A stretch of 64,000 bases of DNA from a virus (taxonomy: Duplodnaviria; Heunggongvirae; Uroviricota; Caudoviricetes; Ackermannviridae), in IMG/VR virus record IMGVR_UViG_2974499353_000001, positions 40,721 to 104,720 of that record; one strand, written 5' to 3'. The translations under genes were made by a program, and so were the position numbers. The notes beneath the pieces are model-generated. The model made no database searches. It worked only from the letters and a program-made list of their open reading frames with translations, and was not told the origin of the DNA. Below are positions 36,171 to 45,135 of the stretch, piece after piece; the stretch's first letter is position 1, and the number at the start of each line of letters is the position of its first letter.

Positions 36171-36620
36171 TCAGAAACGGGTATCGCTGACCGTTCTGTA
36201 CCGCACACCCTGAAATTGTTTGGCGAGTTTTACGAATTCCATCGCAGGCAAATCAACTTTGTAGACCTTCATGCGCTGTTTGCCGTCCATGTTCAACGCA
36301 GCGACAAATCGGTGAGAACCGTCAACAACGTAATTGTCAGAAGACACCCAAACTCGACCCATAGGTTTCTTATTTCTGATTTGCTTCATGATCTTCCAGA
36401 CCTTCATTTTATTGATTTCGTTCTGGGTAAGACGAAGCATTTTGATGGGCACTTGCGCAGCATCTATGGACACGCCGTTGTCTTCAAGATATTTGTGAAA
36501 ATCTTCTTGTTTGTCGGCATCGATTTGCGGCATAGAAGAACGAGAAAGCCCGAGATTCCCAACAGGAATCCTCAGGCCATTTATGATATTCATCCAGTCA
36601 ATAAAGGATGTAAGAAACAT
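36171..36620 (-). CDS. ParB/sulfiredoxin-like nuclease-domain protein
   Basis: ParB N-terminal-domain motif VVDGSHRFVAAL, which matches the DGxHR pattern. Confidence 0.5.
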   Translation of the reverse strand: MFLTSFIDWMNIINGLRIPVGNLGLSRSSMPQIDADKQEDFHKYLEDNGVSIDAAQVPIKMLRLTQNEINKMKVWKIMKQIRNKKPMGRVWVSSDNYVVDGSHRFVAALNMDGKQRMKVYKVDLPAMEFVKLAKQFQGVRYRTVSDTRF

Positions 36621-36652
36621 GACACACCTCGGGATATAGGGTTATCCCTTAG

Positions 36653-36811
36653 TTAGTTCATCCATCTATCTTTTCTTCTAGATTCTTTTCGTTCCCTCCT
36701 CTTCTGTTCAAACCGGAATAACCAATAGAAGAAATTACCACCCAATACGAAGATGACACCGATTATCACCAAGATACCCTTTACAATTTCCCAAATTAAT
36801 TCTTTATCCAA
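36653..36811 (-). CDS. Possible small single-pass membrane protein (52 aa), TTG start
   Basis: Derived by hand: SD GAGGTG then TTG. Predicted helix WEIVKGILVIIGVIFVLGGNFFYWLF. Not in the ORF track (below 60 aa). Confidence 0.25.
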   Translation of the reverse strand: MDKELIWEIVKGILVIIGVIFVLGGNFFYWLFRFEQKRRERKESRRKDRWMN

Positions 36812-36813
36812 AG

Positions 36814-37098
36814 TTACACCTCATCGTTATTAATTCCATCGATTAAAATACGAGCGGAATCAAAATCTTTCCCGCTAGTATTCAGCAACTTAGTCAAATC
36901 ATCGATTTCGTGAACTGGGCCAAGATCAGATTCTCGCAAAATGAAACCCAGAATCCCGTTCAACGCGGAAGTGATATTCCCCTTGTCGATATCATTTTTG
37001 ATCACCATAAGTTTTACAACAGAATTAGTCTGACGGGAATCCAGATTTAATTTGTTTGACACCATGATGTTCAATTTATTACGGATTATTCTTTGCAT
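36814..37098 (-). CDS. Hypothetical protein (94 aa)
   Basis: ORF track. Confidence 0.45.
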   Translation of the reverse strand: MQRIIRNKLNIMVSNKLNLDSRQTNSVVKLMVIKNDIDKGNITSALNGILGFILRESDLGPVHEIDDLTKLLNTSGKDFDSARILIDGINNDEV

Positions 37099-37110
37099 AA
37101 TATAGTCTCT

Positions 37111-37566
37111 TCAGAATTGGAATGATTGTTTCATAACGCTCACCATGTATGATGGATCTACTGGTGTTCTGTTATACGTGATCTTGCCCATGCCATTCAG
37201 ACGTTCGACAATGCGCTCGGCATTCTCTTCTACTGCGGTCTGGGTCGGTTGGTAATCGTTCAAATAGATCGCGAGTTCCTGTCGATTGTCGGACGTCACC
37301 TGATTGCGGAGCGAAGGATAGTTGACAACATACCCACGAGAAATCAGTTCGGCAACAAGCTGATCGTAGCGCTCGATCAGATAAATGAGTTTGTCGCGGA
37401 AGAACAGCACATGACCTTCGTTGAGTTTGTACTGCTTTGGAGCGCCCTTGAGATTACGGCGTTTTCCATTCACCACGTTAAGGACAACAGGCGCAAGTTC
37501 TTTGTACTCGGCAAGGAGGTGTTGGTCGCAAAGAGATTCAACGGGAATAACATTGATACGGGTCAT
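37111..37566 (-). CDS. denV: Endonuclease V (pyrimidine-dimer DNA glycosylase/AP lyase, DenV)
   Basis: MTRINVIPVESLCDQHLLAEYKELAPV...NGKR...GHVLFFRDKL is similar to T4 DenV ([27 protein letters not shown]). Start moved to MTRIN with SD AGGAAC. Confidence 0.85.
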   Translation of the reverse strand: MTRINVIPVESLCDQHLLAEYKELAPVVLNVVNGKRRNLKGAPKQYKLNEGHVLFFRDKLIYLIERYDQLVAELISRGYVVNYPSLRNQVTSDNRQELAIYLNDYQPTQTAVEENAERIVERLNGMGKITYNRTPVDPSYMVSVMKQSFQF

Positions 37567-37625
37567 GGTATAGTTCCTGCATTTCAAATAGACGGGGTAA
37601 TCATACCCCGCCATAATTTATAGAA

Positions 37626-37865
37626 TTAATTGATATGCTTCAGAAGAGCGAAAAGAATATTCGCCTTGGCTTTAACCTTACCGACGACACCCGTTTCGGC
37701 ATCAACCTCTTCAGCAACCCATACTTTTCCTTTCTTGCTAATGATAACATCTCGGCGCGAAGCATAGACTTCCTTAGTCATGTACACACGGCGGAATCCT
37801 TTAGCGCGGAGCAAGCCCCAATTGCGGTCTATTTCTACTGCCGTTTCTACTTTCTTGTTTGACAT
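37626..37865 (-). CDS. Hypothetical protein (79 aa)
   Basis: ORF track. Early promoter cassette upstream. Confidence 0.45.
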   Translation of the reverse strand: MSNKKVETAVEIDRNWGLLRAKGFRRVYMTKEVYASRRDVIISKKGKVWVAEEVDAETGVVGKVKAKANILFALLKHIN

Positions 37866-37894
37866 GTTATAATCAACCTATTCAATTTCTGACC

Positions 37895-37960
37895 AACCCC
37901 ACGTTAGCCAGTTATTGAATAATACGGCAAATGTTTATTCAAGTAAAGCCTTTGAAAGTA
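37895..37960 (-). promoter_or_regulatory. Terminator hairpin TCCCCAATAATTATTGGGGA plus an early promoter (CTTTAC, TTGAATAAA spacer, TATTAT)
   Basis: Minus-strand reading: GCTTTACTTGAATAAACATTTGCCG TATTAT. Confidence 0.5.
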
Positions 37961-37996
37961 AAAATCCCCAATAATTATTGGGGATTTCATGGATTA

Positions 37997-38314
37997 TTAT
38001 TTGCAGAGAACAACGACGAGTTCAGCTAACTCTCCGAGGGTAGGATCATCTCCATGTTTACCCACCCACTCGTCACTAATTTCTACATCGTACTCTTCTT
38101 CGATTTCCATGACCAGCTCAATCATGTCAAGATCGTCACCACCGAGATCATTCTTAACCCGTAACGGCGCTAAAGCATCGATATTATCATCAATGTTATC
38201 AAACTTGTCCTTGTGATCCCCGTTGCGCCAGGTTTCCATGTTCAGGTTGTCACAAGCGTACTGAGCCAGAACACGCATTACTTCAACATAAGTTGGTTTG
38301 TTTGACATAAGCAT
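37997..38314 (-). CDS. Acyl-carrier-protein-like protein with the phosphopantetheine-attachment Ser replaced by Asp
   Basis: DLGGDDLDMIELVMEIEEEYDVEISDE versus E. coli AcpP [27 protein letters not shown]. N-terminal extension of about 35 aa. Confidence 0.65.
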   Translation of the reverse strand: MLMSNKPTYVEVMRVLAQYACDNLNMETWRNGDHKDKFDNIDDNIDALAPLRVKNDLGGDDLDMIELVMEIEEEYDVEISDEWVGKHGDDPTLGELAELVVVLCK

Positions 38315-38327
38315 ATCTCAAAATGAA

Positions 38328-38343
38328 GGCGGGTTTCCCCGCC
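38328..38343 (-). terminator. Terminator GGCGGGTTTCCCCGCC after the vWA gene
   Basis: Hairpin immediately downstream of the stop codon. Confidence 0.55.
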
Positions 38344-38351
38344 AGTTGAAT

Positions 38352-40568
38352 TTAGATTTTGACTTCTTTTTCAGCCAGTTCGGCAGTGACGGTGTATTTC
38401 ACCCCATCAACTTCCACATCCATAGTGGATTCTTCCAAATCCAGGTCGGTAAACCAACCATGGCCTGCAACAATCCCATAAACTACCTTGGACAGCGTTT
38501 TGTTCAGGGCGCGGACTTCGTTAATGGCCGCTTTTGCTGCGTCTCCGATCCAGCTTTCAATCAGCTTTTTCTGAGTCTCTTCCGGTACGCTGGTGATCAT
38601 CGGCGATTTAACAAATGCATTGTATTCAGCCAGGGCATTAGCGATCAGCTGATCAGCGACATTCAGTTTTTTACCGTCCGTCTGTTTTTTGATAACAGAC
38701 GCGATGCTCGGCAGTGAAGATGCGCCTTTGATTTTCACATTCAATTCACGACTCATATAGACATCGGTTGATTCTACAGAAGAAGTCTTCGGTGAAAATC
38801 CATAGTCGCGAATTCCGTTTGCTGACAGGAAATCAGCTGCTTCTTTGCCATATTTTGAAGCCAGACCAGTAGCGTTGCCTTTACCAACCAGTTCATCACG
38901 GTAGAATTTCAGAACTTTCTGTTTTGCCTTCAATGCTTCACGGCGCACATTGTCTGCAAAGAATTCAGCAGCACTGATATTCTTTGTCATGGCGCGGTTA
39001 ACCATTGGGACACTTTCCAGATTTACAATGAAGACTTCCGGTCCACCAAACACATGAACACCCATGGCAGTCAAATCCTGTGCCACCTTAGCCCGAACAA
39101 TCGGAGAATCTGCAGTGATAGGCATTGTTTTCAGGTTGATGATACCATCCTTGACAATGGTGTAATTGCGATAACGCCAGGTCCCCAGCTCTTCAGGAAG
39201 TTCATATTTCTTCTGTACAAACTCAGGCACAACAACCGTTCCGTGTTGAACTGTCTGCACACTGATGTTAGGACGTTCTGAATTGTAGACCAAATTGCTG
39301 ATCGGGACAATCCCTTTATCATCTGCTGGATTGAATTCGGGGGTCCAATCTTCGTGCTCGGCCAGTTTGAGCGCCAGGGCTTTACGCTCTTCTTTAGAAG
39401 TCGCATTCGCAATCTCTTCGGCCAACTTGTCTTCGGTGTCATCAACTTTCTGTACAGTACCGCGCCCAATGCTCTTGTAAGAGAATAGCGGATGCTTGGT
39501 GACGATAGAGACATCGGCTTCGGCCAGGTAGGTCAAAACATCAACAATGGTCGTTGCATCTTCAGCCGGAACCATATTATAATCGATGCCATCAACTCCT
39601 CGCAGAGATTCGTCTACGATAGCCTGAGTCAGATCGACTTTGATGTTGGAATAGTCCTGCTTGGTGAAACAGTTGCTGTACTGTTTGATGAAGCGGACGT
39701 CACCCGTCTTCTTCAGCGCGGCCCAGACCAGATCGGCGTCCATGGTATACACGCCGTAAAATGCCAGCACGTATGCCGCTTGGATGTCTGCCAGATTATC
39801 CAGCTGGTCGATCATGTTGGGGTTTACAACCCACAGCTGAGAAACGCTTTCAGGGATGCTGACGTGGCCAATAGGGTGCTCTTCATCAGGATGCACAGCT
39901 AAAACAGTCGCCACGCCATTTTCAACATAAATGGCATGGGTATAAACCAGAGGAACATCGACTACAACTTTCGGTGAAGAAGTTTTCAGCACGTTTTCCA
40001 ATTCGGTCTGATATTCATTCTGGCCTTCGGCGAATACGTGGGTCGCACCAGAACGTTCTGCCATTAGCGCCAGCAGTTCGCGATTACAATACCAACCGTA
40101 TTCGATGAAGGTAATGTTATCAAACGCTTTGGGCAGTACTTCAGCGGCATCCAGGATTTCATTAGAACGCCAGCAGTTGTCATATCCGTCGGTCATGAAT
40201 GCCAGGTTGTTAACATAACCAGGTTTATTCAGGCTAATGGCAGTTTCCGCAGCCAGTTTCAGCGGCTCAACAAAACCAGTACAACCAGAAGGCTTCAGGA
40301 AACGGTCAATTAGATTATTGATCTCACTGAGGTCGGTTGCACTGTTAATCTGACGTCCGGCAAATACCGTTCCGAAATCACCGCGAGATGAAAAGTAAAG
40401 GATGCTCACAGTATCTTCCGGTTTCACCAGGGAAGGCAGGTTCTCCTTCAGATGCTTACGGACTTCTGGAAGTGAACGATACATGGAACCGGAGATATCC
40501 ACAACGATTACATGGTTAGACGGCGCGACGGTCGCAACCGCATTCTTAAATGTTAATGATTCAATCAT
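38352..40568 (-). CDS. Large von Willebrand factor A (vWA) domain protein (about 738 aa)
   Basis: MIDAS motif VIVVDISGSMYRS, with downstream TDG and D residues. Start at MIESL overlaps the upstream small gene (ATGATTGA). The C-terminal 500 aa are unassigned. Confidence 0.7.
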   Translation of the reverse strand: MIESLTFKNAVATVAPSNHVIVVDISGSMYRSLPEVRKHLKENLPSLVKPEDTVSILYFSSRGDFGTVFAGRQINSATDLSEINNLIDRFLKPSGCTGFVEPLKLAAETAISLNKPGYVNNLAFMTDGYDNCWRSNEILDAAEVLPKAFDNITFIEYGWYCNRELLALMAERSGATHVFAEGQNEYQTELENVLKTSSPKVVVDVPLVYTHAIYVENGVATVLAVHPDEEHPIGHVSIPESVSQLWVVNPNMIDQLDNLADIQAAYVLAFYGVYTMDADLVWAALKKTGDVRFIKQYSNCFTKQDYSNIKVDLTQAIVDESLRGVDGIDYNMVPAEDATTIVDVLTYLAEADVSIVTKHPLFSYKSIGRGTVQKVDDTEDKLAEEIANATSKEERKALALKLAEHEDWTPEFNPADDKGIVPISNLVYNSERPNISVQTVQHGTVVVPEFVQKKYELPEELGTWRYRNYTIVKDGIINLKTMPITADSPIVRAKVAQDLTAMGVHVFGGPEVFIVNLESVPMVNRAMTKNISAAEFFADNVRREALKAKQKVLKFYRDELVGKGNATGLASKYGKEAADFLSANGIRDYGFSPKTSSVESTDVYMSRELNVKIKGASSLPSIASVIKKQTDGKKLNVADQLIANALAEYNAFVKSPMITSVPEETQKKLIESWIGDAAKAAINEVRALNKTLSKVVYGIVAGHGWFTDLDLEESTMDVEVDGVKYTVTAELAEKEVKI

Positions 40569-40737
40569 CGTTTTGACCTTTTTGGGCTTTGGAGTGTTTG
40601 GAGTTCGCGTCGGCGTTCTCCAGCATAGTTTCAATGAAATCCCGGTTGTTTTCCATTTGGGCGACCAGAACATCACTGGGACGGAATGAATTGTCAAGAC
40701 AATCAAGTCCGGCGCGTTTTAATTTGTTGTCGGTCAT
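40561..40737 (-). CDS. Small acidic protein (about 58 aa), translationally coupled to the vWA gene
   Basis: ATG with SD GAGAG. The track start is a TTG. Confidence 0.4.
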   Translation of the reverse strand: MTDNKLKRAGLDCLDNSFRPSDVLVAQMENNRDFIETMLENADANSKHSKAQKGQNDD

Positions 40738-40774
40738 CAGGCTCTCGTGAGTTATATTTCCCAACTATTTCAAC

Positions 40775-40825
40775 ATGGGACTATTATATTACGACAGGCG
40801 GTATTGATGCCAATTAATATAATAA
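40775..40825 (-). promoter_or_regulatory. Sigma70-like promoter TTGGCA, 16-nt spacer, TAATAT(AAT)
   Basis: Read on the minus strand, downstream of the terminator hairpin at 40825..40854. Confidence 0.45.
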
Positions 40826-40854
40826 AAATGCCCGATTGAATATAACCGGGCATT
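40825..40854 (-). terminator. Terminator AATGCCCGATTGAATATAACCGGGCATT
   Basis: Hairpin plus T run after the 40888 gene. Confidence 0.55.
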
Positions 40855-40887
40855 ATATTATTGACAGGTTGAAATATTATTCAGAGC

Positions 40888-41760
40888 TTATTTAAAGGAG
40901 TCTACAATGGATTTGAAAATATAATCTTTGGAGCGTTGTTGTACCGGGAGTTCTCCATACGGAACCATGCAAGGGTGTTGCTTGGTCTGAGGGTCTTTGA
41001 CTGGGCCATACACCCATCCCTCAGCCTCCTTCTCCGCCATCCAGCTCTCATGCGATTCGCTGGGCTTACGATCACCAGTGAGATGGAAGATAACACCTTT
41101 GCAAGCGCTCTCACGCTGCCAGGCCGGAGATTGTTCCCAAGGCAGTTGAGAGTCGTCACCAACAGACTTGCAGTATGCGCGGTTGGCTTCATGACAAATC
41201 TTGGCGATGCGCAGAACCAATGGCGAATAAGTGAGATCGAGTTTGGAGTTGGCGCGCAGGAAATCACTAACAGCCTTACGAGATTTGGCGTTGTGAGAGT
41301 CAACAACAAGTTCCATGTCATCCGGCCCACAAACGAAAGACGCCAAGAAGCGCTCGCCATTTTCCGCTCTGAACATCACGTCCTGAATCATCACATTGAA
41401 GCCGAGGTGATAGGCCGGGCAGAGGGCGCTACGTTCAACAGCGTATTGATCGATCCGGATCTCTGCCGTTTCCGTGGCTTTGGCCAACAGATCTTGTTCA
41501 ACAAGCGCCCGGTACGCCTCCAGCTGCCACAGCTGGTCGAAGGTGTTATTGTAGGAAATCTCTTTGCCCAGGGCTTCATCGAAGTTGGCCGGGTCTATGG
41601 ATGTGCTGGGCTTGGTGCCGTGAACGACGAAGCCGTTATCCATCTTGAAATGACAAGTGATAGCCCGGTGACCGCCGACTTCGCGGTCTTCGTAAATCAC
41701 CTCAGCGATATGTGACTTCAGGACTTCAGGAGTGAGTTTGATGCCAGTACGAGTTGTCAT
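40888..41760 (-). CDS. Protein with a C-terminal RyR (ryanodine-receptor repeat) domain
   Basis: HESWMAEKEAEGWVYGPVKDPQTKQHPCMVPYGELP versus RyR HELWA..EQGWTYGPVRDD.K..HPCLV.F..LP. Confidence 0.6.
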   Translation of the reverse strand: MTTRTGIKLTPEVLKSHIAEVIYEDREVGGHRAITCHFKMDNGFVVHGTKPSTSIDPANFDEALGKEISYNNTFDQLWQLEAYRALVEQDLLAKATETAEIRIDQYAVERSALCPAYHLGFNVMIQDVMFRAENGERFLASFVCGPDDMELVVDSHNAKSRKAVSDFLRANSKLDLTYSPLVLRIAKICHEANRAYCKSVGDDSQLPWEQSPAWQRESACKGVIFHLTGDRKPSESHESWMAEKEAEGWVYGPVKDPQTKQHPCMVPYGELPVQQRSKDYIFKSIVDSFK

Positions 41761-41768
41761 GTGTTATC

Positions 41769-42143
41769 CTATGATATTTGTTTACAGACCTCCACTACTT
41801 TACGGCACATGACGATATCGAACAAGCCGATATGGCAATCGCGCTTCTTGATCCCCAGATTATGAGCCAGCCAGCTGTAAGCATCACTCCTGCTCCTCTG
41901 CCCACTTTTCCAGATAGGGTCAAACGACCTATGAGCTTCCTGCTTAGCAGCACGGAGAGCGGCATTCGCCATCCTTCCCAGAGGTTGTCTACCATCCCCA
42001 TGGGTATGGCAACCCACACGAGCGTCGCATGGCGAGCATACCCAGAACTTCAGTTTGTGTAGATCTGGGCGATGAGGGTAGAGTACATCACCACTGACGT
42101 ATTTGGCAGGAAGGCCGCAGTAATCACAGATGACAGGTTTCAT
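41769..42143 (-). CDS. Zinc-finger protein (DUF3268-like)
   Basis: CDYCGLPAKYVSG...YPHRPDL...FWVCSPCDARVGCH. Confidence 0.5.
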   Translation of the reverse strand: MKPVICDYCGLPAKYVSGDVLYPHRPDLHKLKFWVCSPCDARVGCHTHGDGRQPLGRMANAALRAAKQEAHRSFDPIWKSGQRSRSDAYSWLAHNLGIKKRDCHIGLFDIVMCRKVVEVCKQIS

Positions 42144-42158
42144 ATTCTTTGTCCAAAA

Positions 42159-42181
42159 GAAACCCCGCACACGGCGGGGTT
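42159..42181 (-). terminator. Terminator AACCCCGCACACGGCGGGGTT
   Basis: Hairpin plus T run. Confidence 0.55.
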
Positions 42182-42202
42182 GCTTAGGCCGAGGCCGACA
42201 GA

Positions 42203-42574
42203 TTATTTCAGGAGTTTTTCCAGTTCTTCAACAGAGAGACCTTCCAGTTCCTGCTGTTTCTTACGCTGGATCAGTTCCATGATCGCCTGGTTATTCGCTT
42301 TACGTTCGGCGGCGGTTGCGCTTTCGTCACGTTCTTTCAGTTTGACACCGATGATCGCTTTCACGATATCGAAACGCAGTTGTAACTGAGAGTCGACTGC
42401 GCTTTTCACGCCGATGAAATCTTCTTCATCGCTGGCGGCTTCCTTCACCTGACGGCTGAGGTCTTTCGCCAGTTCGTTTAGGGCATTCAGGTTCAGATCC
42501 CAAACCTGCTCAACAGACAGCAGACCTTTGTTAGAGTTGAAACGCAGTTTTAAACGGGTTGCTTGATCAAACAT
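42203..42574 (-). CDS. Hypothetical helical protein (123 aa)
   Basis: ORF track. Predicted coiled coil. Confidence 0.45.
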   Translation of the reverse strand: MFDQATRLKLRFNSNKGLLSVEQVWDLNLNALNELAKDLSRQVKEAASDEEDFIGVKSAVDSQLQLRFDIVKAIIGVKLKERDESATAAERKANNQAIMELIQRKKQQELEGLSVEELEKLLK

Positions 42575-42612
42575 TTCATTGTTCCTTATTACGAATTTGT
42601 GGTCAAAATCAA

Positions 42613-44631
42613 TTAGAAAATGACTTTTACAGTACGGTTAAACGCGCCGGACACTTTGACGAACACGTGGTTGCGTTGCGTCGTCGAGAATCCCAGACCG
42701 GACAGTTGGTTTTCATTCGGCTGGACTTTCATTTTACTACCCAACATTTCAAAAACCTTACGATGTTTATCCAGTTCTGGCTTCAGATATTCGTTGTAGA
42801 AACCACGAGTACCTTCAGGATTAGCACAGCCTTCAAGAATGAAGAACACATGCTTGTTACCAGTTTGCTCCCCATCCCAATGGTTTGGTGAATTCAGGAC
42901 CAGCTGTACTTTCTGGAAGGTCGCAGTCTTGATACCCCAAACTTCTTTAGACTTATCAACATTAGCCAGTTCGGACTTAATGCCAACAACTTGTTTGTCT
43001 TTAACAGTCAGGATGACTGCAGTGATACGCCCCTGATCTTTCAGGCCAGGATGGCTGAAACGATGCGTTGCGCCTTTGTATTCTACTTCGACTTCAAACC
43101 CTTCGTCGATTTTTTCACGTTGATTGTAGTTGTGGATTTCGAAACGGTATTCACCATCGCGCAGCTTGCTTTCATCTGTAAAGATGATATTTTCCACCGG
43201 GGCGCGGTTTGGATCAATACCATCCATACCGTTCATATCGATATCCAGATGGGCACCTGTCATAGAGCGGCGATCACGGAAGTAAACGTGCTCCATGTTG
43301 TTGAACATATGCAGATCGAGGTCGTCGTTGTTGTGCCACGCCAAGGAAACGCGCAGATACCCGTCAACTTTACCACCAGCAGCCTTTACACGTTCTTTAA
43401 TGGAATCGGTCACTTCACCGTTGTAAGACCAGGAGAAACCGTTGTTCCACTTGAACAGGTTAGGCGCATCTGGGTTCGCCGGAGCAACCAGGGACATCAG
43501 GTTGCTAGTATGAGAATTCTCTACAAGCACTTCCATTGAATGCGCTTTTGGCAGAACATTGCTCAGGAAATCATCAACGCTGATCTCTTCAACTTTTTCC
43601 AGGGATTTGGTCGGAGTTTTCACTTCGGCGGCCAGCTGTGCAAACGGATCCATCGCTTTCTGAGCGGCCAGATCTGCGAACAGAACGTTGTTGATTGTCA
43701 GATCATCGTAAACCGCATAACGACGCGCCAGTGAGTCTTCCAAACCCAGAGCAATAACTTCTTTCTGAGCGTTTTCGATCATGGATTTTGAAACCAGCGC
43801 TGTCGGACGTTTGTAGTTCGCCGGAGCAACTTTGGATTCAAACGATTTAACAGCCTTTTCCAGTTCCACGCCTTCGCTGATATCTGTCAGCAGAGTGCCG
43901 ATAACTGTGTTGCGGATGCCGTGTGGAACATGATTGTTTGAACGGTATCCAGTATGCCATGCCCAAAGAGAACGGGCTGATTCGGGGACTTGTTCATATG
44001 CCTTTTTGGTTTCAACAAATCCCTTCACTGCTGCTTTGTGTTCTGCGCCGCGATACAGAGAATTCTGGTCAATCAGTTCCAGAACGATTTCAGCTGATTC
44101 CAGAGTAATTTCACGCAGACCGCGTTCAAACAATTCAATAGCCTGGCGGATTTCACCTTTTTTCGAAGCGATTGCGTCCGGACGCAGAACATAACTACCA
44201 AGTAATTGGGTATGGAAATGATTGTAAGTACGGATTTTGCCATCTTCACCAGATTCGTGATTGTGAGACAGGCCGACTTTGGCAGAATCGTTAAAATAAA
44301 CATCGACGATTGCGTGTTGTTTGACATACGCGGAAAGAGCCGCAGCCACCACGTCATATTCATTACCCAGATCAATGTTGTCCCAGATAGAAATTACGTT
44401 CAGTTCTGAATCGATGGTGACAACACCGCCGATGTTACGGATGAATTGTTTACAGCAGGTGCAATCGTGTTCAGTACGTTCGCGGTACAGCGGGTTAGTA
44501 CCAGCAGGGAAAGATGCCAGATACAGATCCCAAAGAGCATCTTTATCGATATTGGTCATGAACAGACCAGTTGCGGACATCGCCAGCACGTTGTTATTAA
44601 CTGCCGTTGCGAAGGGTTTGAATTCTGCCAT
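42613..44631 (-). CDS. Large orphan protein (672 aa)
   Basis: Long clean ORF with SD AGGAAG. CTCC cysteine motif near the N-terminus. No recognisable catalytic motif. Confidence 0.65.
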   Translation of the reverse strand: MAEFKPFATAVNNNVLAMSATGLFMTNIDKDALWDLYLASFPAGTNPLYRERTEHDCTCCKQFIRNIGGVVTIDSELNVISIWDNIDLGNEYDVVAAALSAYVKQHAIVDVYFNDSAKVGLSHNHESGEDGKIRTYNHFHTQLLGSYVLRPDAIASKKGEIRQAIELFERGLREITLESAEIVLELIDQNSLYRGAEHKAAVKGFVETKKAYEQVPESARSLWAWHTGYRSNNHVPHGIRNTVIGTLLTDISEGVELEKAVKSFESKVAPANYKRPTALVSKSMIENAQKEVIALGLEDSLARRYAVYDDLTINNVLFADLAAQKAMDPFAQLAAEVKTPTKSLEKVEEISVDDFLSNVLPKAHSMEVLVENSHTSNLMSLVAPANPDAPNLFKWNNGFSWSYNGEVTDSIKERVKAAGGKVDGYLRVSLAWHNNDDLDLHMFNNMEHVYFRDRRSMTGAHLDIDMNGMDGIDPNRAPVENIIFTDESKLRDGEYRFEIHNYNQREKIDEGFEVEVEYKGATHRFSHPGLKDQGRITAVILTVKDKQVVGIKSELANVDKSKEVWGIKTATFQKVQLVLNSPNHWDGEQTGNKHVFFILEGCANPEGTRGFYNEYLKPELDKHRKVFEMLGSKMKVQPNENQLSGLGFSTTQRNHVFVKVSGAFNRTVKVIF

Positions 44632-44660
44632 GGTATAGTCTTCCTGTTTCAGTTCAAAGT

Positions 44661-44685
44661 GAGCGCCCTTATCGGGGCGCGTCGT
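44661..44685 (-). terminator. Hairpin GAGCGCCCTTATCGGGGCGC
   Basis: GC-rich stem between convergent or contiguous genes. Confidence 0.45.
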
Positions 44686-44727
44686 TAAAGTGAGGTCAAT
44701 ATACGCTGAAAAGATTTATTGAAAAGT

Positions 44728-45135
44728 TTAAACGGGAATCATGTTTACTCGAATACTTCTGAACCGTTTCCCGTCATAACTGGTGTAACCAACAACCGTA
44801 ACTGATCTTGTTCCCTTTGGATAACCCTTTGGAGTACTCACAACGCGCACAGGGCGCTTGCTTTCTTTATCGTATTTCGAAATCAATTTCAAAAGATGTT
44901 TATCGATCTGGCTTAAACTATCACCATACACGGTATATTGATATTGCTCGCAATTACCCAACAAAATGATAAATTTATAAATTTTGTCGACCAAAGATCG
45001 ACATTTTGGATCATCATAATGATGCCGACAGACTTGACATTCATATTTCCCAGTATTCATGTTGAACAATTTTGTTGCCCGACTTGAACACGCTGGGCAT
45101 ACTTTCCATGAACGATGATGTTTTACGGGTTTCAT
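44728..45135 (-). CDS. Zinc-ribbon protein (135 aa)
   Basis: CPACS...CQVCRHH motif. Confidence 0.45.
   Translation of the reverse strand: MKPVKHHRSWKVCPACSSRATKLFNMNTGKYECQVCRHHYDDPKCRSLVDKIYKFIILLGNCEQYQYTVYGDSLSQIDKHLLKLISKYDKESKRPVRVVSTPKGYPKGTRSVTVVGYTSYDGKRFRSIRVNMIPV

Noticed and set aside
42613-44631. DNA polymerase gp43 (or a split 43A/43B) as the identity of the 672-aa or neighbouring ORFs
   Set aside because: No Exo I, II, III or Pol A, B, C motifs (FDIE, YGDTDS, KxxxNSxYG) are present in any ORF of the window.
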